Positions 9,625-19,856 are shown, numbered from the stretch's first letter. The stretch: DNA of 64,000 nt from Nannocystales bacterium (GCA_050633305.1 JBOEGF010000038.1:32001-96000); one strand, 5' to 3'. Numbers and translations are program-made. Notes: a model not told the origin generated them from the letters alone.

Positions 9625-10242
9625 TTACGACCGAGCGAATTCGAGAGTCATGCGATCGCGTACCTTGGCGGCCCAGGCGTCCACCTGCGCAGGGGCGAGG
9701 GGATCGGGTCGGGACCTGGCGAGAAGCGTGGCGAGCTTTTCCCGGCCACGATGGGCGCGAGTGCGGGCCGTCGCCGCGGAGATCCGGAGCGTGTCGCCCA
9801 CCTCGCTGGACGACATGCCCTCCCAGTACATCATCTCCAACACGACTTGCTGCTCGACCGGGATCTTTCGCAGCGCTTCGAGGAGAAAACGGTCGCGCTC
9901 GGTGTTTCGCAGTAGCGTACTGGGGCCGGGGGCGAGGTCCTGCGCGGCCTGCGAATCGAGCGACTCGGCGAGCTCAGGTCTCGCACGCTTCGTGTAGTAC
10001 TTCTTGAGCACGTTGTAGGCGGTGCAGAACAGGTAGCTGCGAAATCGGCCATCTTCTCGCAGCCGGTCGCGCCCCCGCACACACGCCGCGAAGGTCTCCT
10101 GCACCAGGTCCTCATGGTCGTGGGGGACCTTGTTCGCAAAGAATCGAGTCATCGCTGCGAAGTAGCGCTCGAACAACTTCTGGCCCGAGAGCTTGTCGTC
10201 GTCCCGCCACGCGGCGAGGAGTTCTGCATCGGTTCGCGCCAC
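9625..10242 (-). CDS. ECF-family RNA polymerase sigma factor
   Basis: Sigma2 (DHEDLVQETF, FRSYLF) and sigma4 (YWEGMSSSEVGDTL..SAATARTRAHRGR). Confidence 0.92.
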   Translation of the reverse strand: MARTDAELLAAWRDDDKLSGQKLFERYFAAMTRFFANKVPHDHEDLVQETFAACVRGRDRLREDGRFRSYLFCTAYNVLKKYYTKRARPELAESLDSQAAQDLAPGPSTLLRNTERDRFLLEALRKIPVEQQVVLEMMYWEGMSSSEVGDTLRISAATARTRAHRGREKLATLLARSRPDPLAPAQVDAWAAKVRDRMTLEFARS

Positions 10243-10388
10243 GCCTCAGGATACCGAACCTCGTGGGGACCCCTATGTTCAATGCATGGATGCCAGAGGT
10301 TCCTTTTCGGGCCGCGGGGAGGGGCCAAACGTTTTTCGAAGCGGGGTGACAGATGGTCGGGCCAGCGGTGTTCGACGGATGGAACCAG

Positions 10389-11714
10389 ATGGAAAGACTG
10401 ATGCGCACCACCACCGCACTCACCTTGTTGGCGCTCACGCTCCCAGGATGCACCGATGACAACTCAGGCGGCGGCACACCGATGGGCGGGAGCTCGGGTG
10501 ACATGGCGACCACCGAGCCCGCCGGCGCGGAGACGAGCAGCGGCTCCGAGAGTAGCGGAGGCGACGATGAGTCCAGCTCGGGAGAGCCTGTTGCCCCCGA
10601 CTTCGCCGCCTTGGAGGCCGAGTTGGAGATGATCCGCGAGAACGCGGGGGCTCCTGGCCTCGCGGTAGGCCTGGTCGCAGGGAATACCGTCCTGTGGACG
10701 GGGGCGTTCGGAACCCGGGATCTGGAATCGATGGCTCCCGTCGACACCGACACCGCCTTTCGCCTGGGCTCCATCAGCAAGACGTTTGTCGGCGTTGCGA
10801 TGATGCGAGCGCAAGAGATGGGAATCATCGACCTCGACGATACGATTGAGGTGCCATTCACCGTCGACAACCCGCACATCGAGGGCGAGGCGATCACCTA
10901 CCGAAGCCTCGCCCAGCACCGTTCGGGAATCCTCGACACGGACTGGTACGAGTGCGCCTATACGAGCGAAGACGGCTCCTCGTATGCGTTGCCCGAAGAG
11001 CAAGAGTTCTGCCCTGCAACACCCCTGCCTGGACTGGAGGAGTATCTGACCGCGTACCTCGACCCCACGGGGGAGATGTATACCGAGGAGAACTACGCAG
11101 CCGGCCCCGATGGGGAACCAGGCACGACCTACGAGTACAGCAACATCGGAGCCGGACTTGCGTCGGCCTCGTTGGGGTACGCAACCCAGGAGGCGGTGGG
11201 TCAAGACTTCATCGCGTTCAGCAACGCGGAAGTGTTCGGCCCCCTTGGCCTCGAGCACACGCGCTGGATGCGAGATGAGCTTCCCGATCCGGACAACGCC
11301 GCTGTCCCTCATATGTTCGATGACGGCTTTGCGCCGATCGCCCGGTACAACCTGTCGACGTTTGCCGACGGCGCGCTCTACAGCAGTGTCGACGACCTCT
11401 CGCGATACCTCGCTGCAATCGTTCCTGGGCAGGGATCGGTCGAGGACGCCACGGTGCTCCAGCCGGATTCGGTTGAGGAGATGCTCGACTTCGTCGACCT
11501 TGGGGATGGTGATGGACAGGGGATCTACTGGGAGTTCTTCTTGGGGATGGCTGGTCACACCGGAGGTGACCCCGGCGTGTCGACGGCGATGGGTTACGAC
11601 ACCGAGGCCGGAGTCGGCGTGGTGATCTTGCTGAACTCCACCGGTCCCAACACGGAACTCCTGATGCTGCAGGTGTTCGAATCCCTGCAGTCGTTCGCAG
11701 CTGAGGGGCTCTGA
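10389..11714 (+). CDS. Serine hydrolase (beta-lactamase/PBP-like) lipoprotein
   Basis: Lipobox LPGC; SxxK (SISK), YSN and HTGG motifs. Confidence 0.92.
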   Translation: MERLMRTTTALTLLALTLPGCTDDNSGGGTPMGGSSGDMATTEPAGAETSSGSESSGGDDESSSGEPVAPDFAALEAELEMIRENAGAPGLAVGLVAGNTVLWTGAFGTRDLESMAPVDTDTAFRLGSISKTFVGVAMMRAQEMGIIDLDDTIEVPFTVDNPHIEGEAITYRSLAQHRSGILDTDWYECAYTSEDGSSYALPEEQEFCPATPLPGLEEYLTAYLDPTGEMYTEENYAAGPDGEPGTTYEYSNIGAGLASASLGYATQEAVGQDFIAFSNAEVFGPLGLEHTRWMRDELPDPDNAAVPHMFDDGFAPIARYNLSTFADGALYSSVDDLSRYLAAIVPGQGSVEDATVLQPDSVEEMLDFVDLGDGDGQGIYWEFFLGMAGHTGGDPGVSTAMGYDTEAGVGVVILLNSTGPNTELLMLQVFESLQSFAAEGL

Positions 11715-11867
11715 GGGGAGCCCACCCAGGGCAACCCCAGAACGTGCGTCGCCACCCCCGGTGGCGTCGCCGCGTACGTTCGTGCCAACGCCGGTGGCGC
11801 GCTGGCTGGGAGCGGAGGCAGATCACCCGACTCTTCGTTGGCACCAACATCGCAACTGCGTGTCCCT

Positions 11868-13295
11868 GTGCGCAGAACCCTGTTGAGTCTCTGTTTGTTG
11901 ACCGCGTGTGGCGAGCCTGCACTGAGCGAGGTTGAGTTGACTCGCTGGACACAGTGGGTTGCCGGAGCACGCATCGTCGAGGGTCCGCCCAAGGTCGATG
12001 TGTTGCTGGTCGTCGACGACTCTCCTTCGATGCACGACCAGGCGGGGTTGTTGGCGGACAACCTCCGAGCCATCGCGGCGGTCTACGAGAGCGAGTGGCT
12101 CGACTACCGGATCGGGGTGATCACGACGCATGTCGCCGGTCCGGATTGCACTTCGGGACGTGACGGGGGACTGGTCCGGACCAGCTGCCGAGAACGCCTG
12201 CCGTCCTTCGTGACGAGTGCGAACCAAGAATCACCCGCGGTCGATCTTCGTCAGGTCTGTACCGATTCGTGTTCGCTCGACGAGGTCACGACGCTGCCAA
12301 CCAGCGTCGGTCCAGATGACACCGCACGGCCCCGGGCGTGGCTCGAACGGGGAGGTGCGGGTCAAAACACCGCCGACCCCGTTGAAGCGCTCGTGTGCTT
12401 GGGACAGGTCGGCGTGTCCGGGTGCACGGCCGAGTCCCCGCTGGGAGCTGTTCAGCGCTTCCTCGACCGCGCAGAAGATCCTGAGGACCCCGATTTTGGT
12501 TTCCTACGGGAGGACGCCGGCCTCTCGATTGTCTTCATTGGGGACGAGGACGATTGCTCGCGAGCGTCCGCGACAAGCCTGCGTGGGGGCGGCTCCGTCT
12601 CCGCGGCGTGCTGGCGCGCGGGTGCGGACTGCGTCGAGGGAGAGGAGGGAGTGTCCTGCGAGGCGGCGAGCAGTCCTGACCTTCTCGACCTCGACGGCTT
12701 CGTCGAGCGCCTGCTGGAGATCGATGCCAACAAGCGTTTGGCCCGAGGAAGGGATGGGCAGCGGGTGTTCGTCAGTGCTGTCGCAGGGGTGCCGCCGGGG
12801 TACCCGGACCTCCCACAGCCCTTCGAACCTGGAGCCGACCCTGCGTTTGAGGATGCGTTTGGGGTCGGCGCCGGTTGTGTTCGTGACGATGTCGTGGGCG
12901 CCCCGTCGGTTCGGACGGTCGCCGTCGCAGAGTCCTTTGCGCCGTGGCAGTCCAGCGTGGTCTCTGCATGCGTGCCGAATTGGACGGCTGCCCTGGCGTG
13001 CCTGCCTGGACCCTCCCTCGACGCACCCCCGCCTTTCTGCCTGGATGTCGAGTTGTTGGCCGAGGGTGCCGACCTCTCGGAGTACTGCGTAATGACCGAG
13101 ACGCGAGGGGGGCAGACCCGCCGACTTCCGGAGTGCAACGTGGAGGACACCGACGCCTGTGTTCTCTGGGTACCCACCATGGAAACTCCGGACTACTGCC
13201 TGGACCGTGGACTCGGGGCAGCAGTCTTCCTACGGCGTCGGGACCCGAGCTGGGAAACGCTCGAGTACGAAGTCACGTGCGCGGCCGAGATCTAG
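11868..13295 (+). CDS. Myxobacterial VWA-like Cys-rich lipoprotein
   Basis: Lipobox LTAC; MIDAS-like DVLLVVDDSPSM; FLREDA..IVFIGDEDDCS. Start uncertain (11838 or 11868). Confidence 0.8.
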   Translation: MRRTLLSLCLLTACGEPALSEVELTRWTQWVAGARIVEGPPKVDVLLVVDDSPSMHDQAGLLADNLRAIAAVYESEWLDYRIGVITTHVAGPDCTSGRDGGLVRTSCRERLPSFVTSANQESPAVDLRQVCTDSCSLDEVTTLPTSVGPDDTARPRAWLERGGAGQNTADPVEALVCLGQVGVSGCTAESPLGAVQRFLDRAEDPEDPDFGFLREDAGLSIVFIGDEDDCSRASATSLRGGGSVSAACWRAGADCVEGEEGVSCEAASSPDLLDLDGFVERLLEIDANKRLARGRDGQRVFVSAVAGVPPGYPDLPQPFEPGADPAFEDAFGVGAGCVRDDVVGAPSVRTVAVAESFAPWQSSVVSACVPNWTAALACLPGPSLDAPPPFCLDVELLAEGADLSEYCVMTETRGGQTRRLPECNVEDTDACVLWVPTMETPDYCLDRGLGAAVFLRRRDPSWETLEYEVTCAAEI

Positions 13296-13332
13296 AGGCC
13301 GGCCCCGAGCGGGCGTCCCTAGCTAGGGGATG

Positions 13333-15489
13333 TCATCCTTCGGCCGTGGAAGGCGGCCGACCGCGGCGGGTCGCCCGACGCCGGGTTCGCAGACCAAACC
13401 CAAGCAGCATCATGCAGGCCCACCATGGGCCCGAGGGCTCGGGCCCAACAGAGCATCCTCCGCCCCCTTCCGCAGCACCAGCGTCTGTGTCGCCGGTCGC
13501 ATCCGCCGGACCGGTCGTGCCTCCGCCGAGTCCGTCCGAGGTCCCCGTACTCGCGTCCGCGCCATCCGAGTCTGTCGCGTCATCCTGTCCGGTGGACTCG
13601 CTCGGCTCGACACCGACATCCAACACCAGCGGCTCGGATACGGTTTGGTTGCCCCAAATATCCGTCGCGATACCGACGACCTCCCAGGTGCCCTCGGGGA
13701 ACACCACGCCTTGAAACTCAAACGGAGCGTCGAAGTCTGGGTTGGGGATGACCTCGCCGTTGATGACGAGTTGGACGGCACCCGCATCCCCGCTGACCTC
13801 GGCCACAATCGTAGCCTCGAGCATCAACTCTGGCGTGGATGTGTCTCCAGGAGTGGTGAGCTCGATCGCCGGGGGCTGATCGACCGGTATCATGGCTGCT
13901 TCGATCGCGGCCGGCACCTGTGGCAGCGGGCCAATGTTGTTGCTGTTCTTGGGCTGCGGAAGCCCGGTGGTCTTGAAGATCGCACGCATCTGCTGGGAGC
14001 TGAGCGGCTGACCCAGCTCTTCGATTGCGGACTGCTGAACGAGGGCGGCGGCTCCAGCGACCATCGCACTGGCCGCGCTCGTGCCTCCGAACCCGGAGGT
14101 GTAGCGCTGGTTTTCGTCCGCGCCGTATTCCTCGTAGTCCCCGTAGCCTGCCGTGAAGGTGCTCTCTCCCCACGCTTGCACGTCTACCCGAGCGCCGTAG
14201 CTGCTGAAGGTCGCCCATTCGCGGGTACCTGGGATGCCCGCCCCCACAATGATGGCACCACTGTCGCCGCGCTCGCGATAGGTGGTGAACCCTTCGCCGT
14301 CGAGCGGAAGCCCGCCGTTGCCTGCGGCGGCAACGACGACCATCCCCGCGTCAACCGCCATGCGCGTCGCCAACCAAACCGACTCGGTGAGCTCCGCCGG
14401 GCCGCCTGCTCCCGGTGCTTCGAGTCCCGTGTTCTGCATCTCGAGCAGGATGACGTCTCCGGGTGACGATTCGGAAGCCGCGCTCAGGATGGCACCCGCT
14501 CGTCGGTTCCCCTCCTGTGTCGTCAGCTCCGGGTAGAGCGTCACGGTGCTCGCCGGAGCGATTCCTGTGATCCCGTATCCGTCGTCGCCTCCAACCAGAA
14601 TGCCGAGGACCGCCGTACCGTGGTCTGGGGTGGTGATGTTGGCGGCGTTGGGGGAGATCGTTTGCCCGGCCTCAGCCTCAACTTGGCCGTCGTTGTAGGC
14701 CTCGTGCTCATTGAACCACGAGTACTCGACGTCGCAGATGTGAACGCCTTGGCCATCGAAACCAAGCTCTCGCGCTCCGTCGACGTCGAGGCCGCCTTTG
14801 GCCGGTCGATAAAACTGAAACTCGGTGAGGTCCGGAGTGGGCGGGTCGATGTCGACGGGGGGCGGGGTGCCCACGGGCTCGAAGCTCACCACCTCGATCG
14901 TGTCGAGTTCTTGCAACGCGGTGGCGGCTCGCGCGGCCGCTGCGGTGTCTCCTTCGAGCGTGAAGACTCCCCTGAGGTCGGGTTGCTGTCGTCTGCTTCG
15001 TTGTCTCGCTCGCTCCTCGAGAGCCTCGATTCGGGTGGAGTCCATTCGGAACAATGGTGCCCAGACGAGTCCGCTGTCGGAGGTGATCGACGCGGCAGCG
15101 CTGAGGTCGACTCCATTCTCGCTGATGAGCGCCCCCGCCTCGACACGCGCGCGAGCGGAGTCCGCAAACTTCACCACGACCTGGTAGGGCTGATCCGGCG
15201 CGAGCAGCGGCCGTTTTGGGAGCGGTGAGCGGGCGGCCAAGACTTCCATCGAGTGTTCCCCATCGCGTGCTTCGGGTCCCGCCGCCATGGTTGCTGATGG
15301 CTTGGTTTGCGCGGTGTCGGAGGCCGCTGCGCCGTCGCAGCCCGCGAGGGACAGGGCCAACACGATGCCCATGCCGTGTCGGCGCTGGCGATGGGATGAG
15401 GGGAGACAGCCGCAGACCCCCGCACGTGCGGGCTTGGCCGAACACGTTGGTCGAGGGGATTCCGTGGATTGGGCACTGTGCTCGTTCAT
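13333..15489 (-). CDS. S8 (subtilisin-like) peptidase with Ig-like domain and MYXO-CTERM tail
   Basis: Triad motifs ICDVE, DHGTAVLG, GGTSAAS; oxyanion AAGNG; lipobox LAGC; tail GGGCSV...WWACMMLLGFGLRTRRR. Alternative start 15372. Confidence 0.92.
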   Translation of the reverse strand: MNEHSAQSTESPRPTCSAKPARAGVCGCLPSSHRQRRHGMGIVLALSLAGCDGAAASDTAQTKPSATMAAGPEARDGEHSMEVLAARSPLPKRPLLAPDQPYQVVVKFADSARARVEAGALISENGVDLSAAASITSDSGLVWAPLFRMDSTRIEALEERARQRSRRQQPDLRGVFTLEGDTAAAARAATALQELDTIEVVSFEPVGTPPPVDIDPPTPDLTEFQFYRPAKGGLDVDGARELGFDGQGVHICDVEYSWFNEHEAYNDGQVEAEAGQTISPNAANITTPDHGTAVLGILVGGDDGYGITGIAPASTVTLYPELTTQEGNRRAGAILSAASESSPGDVILLEMQNTGLEAPGAGGPAELTESVWLATRMAVDAGMVVVAAAGNGGLPLDGEGFTTYRERGDSGAIIVGAGIPGTREWATFSSYGARVDVQAWGESTFTAGYGDYEEYGADENQRYTSGFGGTSAASAMVAGAAALVQQSAIEELGQPLSSQQMRAIFKTTGLPQPKNSNNIGPLPQVPAAIEAAMIPVDQPPAIELTTPGDTSTPELMLEATIVAEVSGDAGAVQLVINGEVIPNPDFDAPFEFQGVVFPEGTWEVVGIATDIWGNQTVSEPLVLDVGVEPSESTGQDDATDSDGADASTGTSDGLGGGTTGPADATGDTDAGAAEGGGGCSVGPEPSGPWWACMMLLGFGLRTRRRATRRGRPPSTAEG

Positions 15490-15948
15490 GCTGTTCGTTC
15501 CTGGATGACGTCGCCCGGCTAGGCGTCTGCGTCCGCAGCCGAATGCTGAGATCTGGGGTCAACGGGAAGAGCCGGCACTCGCGCCAGCGCAATCACGTTC
15601 GGCGTGTCCGGCACCGTCGAGTGCCAGGCATTCCGTGCGGAGTCCGTCAGGACTTGGGGTACCCCGCGTTCACTGCGTTCGCAACACAGCTGGGTCCGTC
15701 GGTTGGGGTCAGACACCGTCGAGCACACGTAAGTTCGACATCGTCTCCAAGGACTCTCGGGCGAGGTTCCGGTGCGTTAATGCGGGGCCGTCTCGCGCAT
15801 TCGAAACGAAACCTCTCGATTGTGCGTGCGTCCATGTCTGCGGCGGAAAAGCGACGGTGTTCGGAAGCGGAATCACGTCGTTCACCGATCACGTGCGACA
15901 CTCTGAGGCGACCGCGAAGTTGATGCTGCGGCCGTTCGCAGGAGTCCA

Positions 15949-16443
15949 ATGGAGCCAGTGCAAGCCCAACCCAACCCCTATCAGCCTCCGTCGGAAGGCG
16001 GGTCGCCAGGGTCACAACCGCCGATCGACGACACTCCGTTTCCGGCGAGTCGGGGGCGAAGATTTGGCAACCTCATGATCGACGGGATCGTGCTTGGTGT
16101 CGTCGTCAGCGCCCTGTTCTCTGTGTTCGACGAGCTTGGGTTCGAGCCAGAGGGGTTCGTCTTGCAGTGGGTCCCAGAGATCCTGGGCTATCTCCTGACC
16201 TACGTGGTGCCTGAGACGTTCCTCGGCCGCACGGTAGGGAAGTTTGCAACAGGGACCAAGGTCGTCGACGTACGCGGCGGGAAGCCCTCGGTTGGCCAAG
16301 TCCTCGGTCGCACGTTGATCCGATTGGTCCCCTTCGACGGGTTGTCGTTTCTGTGGGGGGACAACACGGGCTGGCACGACCAGTGGTCGCGTACCCTCGT
16401 GGTGCCGTTGCTTGACCCGTACTCGGACATCCCGACGCGTTGA
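15949..16443 (+). CDS. RDD family membrane protein
   Basis: ASRGRRFGNLMID, GRTVGK..TG.KVV, R.LIR, WHD.WS.T.VV. Confidence 0.9.
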   Translation: MEPVQAQPNPYQPPSEGGSPGSQPPIDDTPFPASRGRRFGNLMIDGIVLGVVVSALFSVFDELGFEPEGFVLQWVPEILGYLLTYVVPETFLGRTVGKFATGTKVVDVRGGKPSVGQVLGRTLIRLVPFDGLSFLWGDNTGWHDQWSRTLVVPLLDPYSDIPTR

Positions 16444-16444
16444 A

Positions 16445-17449
16445 TCAACGGCTGCTCTCGAGCGACACGGGTCGCACGCGCTCGACCATGGACGCGTTGA
16501 ACCTGGCAGGTTCGTCGACAAATGGCTCGTGCCCTGAATTCTCGAACCACAGGAGCGTCTTCGAGGGGGCCCGGAGCCCGTCTATGAAGGCCGTGCTGTT
16601 CTCGGCCGGGACCCAGCGATCGTGACGCCCCAGGAAGAAGAACGTGGGGATCTTGAGCGAGGGAACGAGCTTGGTGAGGTCGATGCGAGACACCTCGGGC
16701 CACATCGCTTCGAGTGAGAAGCGAAAGCCGTGGAGCAATCGTGGGAGGTCGCCCAGCGTGTACTCGGGTCCAGCGAGCACCACTCGGGCGAGGTTCCACA
16801 ACGGCTTCACCCCGAGCTTGCCCTCGAACCGTTGCAGGCACGTGCGCTCCCTCCAGAGCTCGTCGACCCCGTACGGCGGTGCCCCGATTTCACGAAGCTC
16901 GCGCAGCGCCCGGCGGTCCTGCCGACGCTCGGCCTCCTCCACAGCGTATGCGTAGGACCGAGCCTCGGCATCTGGCCAATCACCGATCTGTCCGCTGCCG
17001 ACATAAGAAGCAACCTTCGCCGGGAACCGAGACGCATACAGCACGCCCAGCACCGAGCCCCACGAGTGGCCGAAGAGCGTGACCTTCTTCTGGTTCAGGC
17101 GACGACGCACTTCGTCGACCAACTCGTCGAGGTCGCGGATGAACTGCTCGACGGTCATCGAGGACCGAGGGATGGTCTCGTCGTACGACTTGGCGGTGCC
17201 ACGCTGGTCCCAGTAGACGACGGTGAAGTCGCGTTCGAGTGCGCCGTTGTGATGGCGGAACAGCCGTGTCTCCGAGAATCCGGGTCCGCCATGAAGAACG
17301 ATCAGCGGTGGGTTTCCGCAGTCGTGGCCGCGGATCATCACCCACTGGTCGAGGCCTCCCAGACGCATGGACACGACCTCGGCGATGCTTCCAGGCGTGA
17401 GCGAGCCATCGGGCTCGAGGAACGGCGGGGTGTGTCCGCGGTGCTGCAT
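16445..17449 (-). CDS. Alpha/beta hydrolase (proline iminopeptidase-like)
   Basis: LHGGPG, WDQRG, GHSWG nucleophile elbow, C-terminal SGHEP. Start set at MQHRG. Confidence 0.9.
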   Translation of the reverse strand: MQHRGHTPPFLEPDGSLTPGSIAEVVSMRLGGLDQWVMIRGHDCGNPPLIVLHGGPGFSETRLFRHHNGALERDFTVVYWDQRGTAKSYDETIPRSSMTVEQFIRDLDELVDEVRRRLNQKKVTLFGHSWGSVLGVLYASRFPAKVASYVGSGQIGDWPDAEARSYAYAVEEAERRQDRRALRELREIGAPPYGVDELWRERTCLQRFEGKLGVKPLWNLARVVLAGPEYTLGDLPRLLHGFRFSLEAMWPEVSRIDLTKLVPSLKIPTFFFLGRHDRWVPAENSTAFIDGLRAPSKTLLWFENSGHEPFVDEPARFNASMVERVRPVSLESSR

Positions 17450-17825
17450 CGAGGTTCGAGTTGCCGCGGCTTGGCGCGGTAGCACCAGCAAGATTTGCAG
17501 GCCGTCTGGTCCGAGCGTCGCTAGGGCGCGAGCGGCTCGATGATCGGCGACGTTACAGGAGAGGTCGAGCGCGGCGGCGACGAACGCCACCACGATACAG
17601 GCGTACCGCGGCGGACCGAGCGAAGGAGTATGTCAACTCCAATGGGCCCACGAGTCGACGGGCTGGTCGCTCGTCCAGGTCGCGAGGATGCAGACGCAAA
17701 CGCGAACCACGGCCCAGAGCGCAAGCCTTCGATGATCGCGCGTTGAAGCCAAGCGTGATTGTAGAGAGTCTCAGGAGCCTCCTCCTCGAGCCGGCGGCAG
17801 GGAATCGAAGCCCGGAACGTGAGCG

Positions 17826-18722
17826 CTATCGTTCTCGCGTTTTCTTGGACCGACTGGGGGCCGTTGCGGCGGTGATCGCATCCAGCAATGTTCGGGTGCT
17901 GGGCGGCAACCTTCCCGCCTTTGGGTAGACCGCCCAATACGTCATTCGGCCGAGGCCGAGGTCGAGCTCGTGGTGGACCCTGACCAATCGCCCGCGTTGA
18001 AGGTCCTCTTGAACGAGCGCGTCGTCGACGATGCCCAGCCCCACGCCGTCTCGGATGGCATCGAGCACCATCCCGAAGTCGTCTGCGCAGAACCGAGTTT
18101 TCCGGGGCAGGGGGGGCGCGTACTCTTCGTTGGTGCCAGGTCGTCGAAAGGCGACGACGGGGGCGGGCACGCCCTCCTGGAGCCGAGACGCGACCTCGGG
18201 GGTGCCGACGACAATGAGCTCGCTCCGGAACAGGACGCGGTTTCGCAGGTCGGAGTCGACGAGCCGTTGGCCGACCCGGATCGCGATGTCGACGTCGTCG
18301 AGAAGGGGGTTGACGAGCCGGGTCGTCAACACGAGGTCGACCCTGGCACCTGGGTGGTCTCGCAGGTAGTCGGTGATGATGCCGCGCAGGAACGTGTGAG
18401 CCACGACGTTTGTGCACGAGACTCGGACCGTGCCTTCGACCTCGTTCGAGAGGTTGGCGACTGCGCGTTCTCCCTCGGCCAGGCTCACCGCGGCCCGCTT
18501 GGCGTGGCGCACGTATTCGGCTCCCGCATCGGTGAGCTTGACGTTCCTCGTGTTGCGCATGAGGAGCGGTGCGCCCAGGTGTTCTTCCAGGCGTTGGATG
18601 CCGCGGCTGATTGTGGAGCTGTTGACCCCGAGCTTCGCCGCGGCGCCCCGAAACGATCCGGCGTCGGCCACCCCGAGGAGCAGGTCGACGTCGGTGAAGC
18701 GGGCCACGATGGTGTCTATCAC
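17826..18722 (-). CDS. LysR family transcriptional regulator
   Basis: GSFRGAAAKLG..SSTISRGIQRLEEHLG..LL.RNTR..LTDAG; substrate-binding domain with DIAIR. Confidence 0.93.
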   Translation of the reverse strand: MIDTIVARFTDVDLLLGVADAGSFRGAAAKLGVNSSTISRGIQRLEEHLGAPLLMRNTRNVKLTDAGAEYVRHAKRAAVSLAEGERAVANLSNEVEGTVRVSCTNVVAHTFLRGIITDYLRDHPGARVDLVLTTRLVNPLLDDVDIAIRVGQRLVDSDLRNRVLFRSELIVVGTPEVASRLQEGVPAPVVAFRRPGTNEEYAPPLPRKTRFCADDFGMVLDAIRDGVGLGIVDDALVQEDLQRGRLVRVHHELDLGLGRMTYWAVYPKAGRLPPSTRTLLDAITAATAPSRSKKTRER

Positions 18723-18756
18723 ACTGGTGCGAATGAGGGGCAGTGTGGTGCGAATG
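18721..18756. promoter_or_regulatory. Putative LysR binding region
   Basis: TGGTGCGAATG repeated at 18725 and 18746 (21-bp period), plus dyad ACACTG-N14-CAGTGT, between the divergent LysR and SDR genes. Confidence 0.5.
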
Positions 18757-18796
18757 TGCGGCTTTGCAGGAGGCGGTCCAGGACCACACTGAGGTC

Positions 18797-19825
18797 ATGT
18801 CCAACCCAACGAAGACTGCGCTCATCACCGGGGCGAACTCCGGCGTCGGTTTCGAGGCCGCGCGACTCCTTGGACTCGACCCCTCGTACGGCAGGGTCTA
18901 TCTGGCGGTTCGCTCTCAGGCGAAGGGGGTCGCGGCCAGGAGCCGATTGGCCCAGCTTTGTGGCTGCGATGAGGGGAAGTTCGAGGTGCTGACCATCGAT
19001 GTCTCGTCGGCCGAGTCCACGCGGGAGGCCCTCGGCTTGTTGTTCGCGGCCCGACCCGAGCTGAAGTTCGACTACGTCCTACTCAATGCCGGGAGGGTTG
19101 GTGGGGTTGAGCTCGAGCGGACGGCCGATTCGATCGACGTTGCGTACGCAGCAACACTGGTCGGGCACCACATCATCGCCCTCGACGTGCTCGACCGTGG
19201 AGCCCTGCGGTCCGGAGCCACGATCGTCATCGCCGGGGCCGAGGCCGCTCGAGGCACCCTCAGCGGCATGACGCTGCGAGACGTCCACGCGCTCGCCAGC
19301 GAGCGTTATGAGGGCGACTTGAGCCAAGCAACGACGGCGCTCCTTCGGGGAGAGGCACCGGGGACCTACGACGCCCGTGGCGATCTCGCGACCCTCAAGG
19401 CCTTCGCCGTGTGGTGGGCGGCAGCTCTGGCGCGCCGCTTGGAATCCCGCCACATCGACGCGAAGGTTTTTTCGGTCTCGCCGGGGGGAACCCCCGAAAC
19501 GAACGGGCCGCAATATCTGCCTTTTCCGATGCGAGTCGTGCTGAAGATCCTGACACCGATCCTAAAACTAGCCGGCCAGGCGCACTCCGTCCCCAAGGCA
19601 GCGCAGCGATACATCGACGTCCTCTCGCGTCCAACATCGGACTCCGGCAAGTTCTTTGCCTCGCCTCACGAGAAGGGGATTGGAGCGCTGACCGACAACA
19701 CAGCGCTGTACGGGCACTTTCGCGACGAGGCGTTGCAGGAGGCCGTGTTCGCATCGCTCCAGCAGGTCACGGGTGCTTCCATGGAGTTGCACCCACGGAC
19801 CACCGCCGCTGCGGAGGCGAGCTAG
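18797..19825 (+). CDS. Short-chain dehydrogenase/reductase (atypical active site)
   Basis: TGANSGVG Rossmann motif, LNAG, SVSPG; LATLK at the expected YxxxK position. Confidence 0.88.
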   Translation: MSNPTKTALITGANSGVGFEAARLLGLDPSYGRVYLAVRSQAKGVAARSRLAQLCGCDEGKFEVLTIDVSSAESTREALGLLFAARPELKFDYVLLNAGRVGGVELERTADSIDVAYAATLVGHHIIALDVLDRGALRSGATIVIAGAEAARGTLSGMTLRDVHALASERYEGDLSQATTALLRGEAPGTYDARGDLATLKAFAVWWAAALARRLESRHIDAKVFSVSPGGTPETNGPQYLPFPMRVVLKILTPILKLAGQAHSVPKAAQRYIDVLSRPTSDSGKFFASPHEKGIGALTDNTALYGHFRDEALQEAVFASLQQVTGASMELHPRTTAAAEAS

Positions 19826-19856
19826 GGGCGCTCCCCCACGCTCCGAGCACTCCCTG

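Noticed and set aside
17460..17820. Short ORFs between the hydrolase and LysR genes
   Set aside because: No consistent reading frame or motif; cannot be supported as a CDS.
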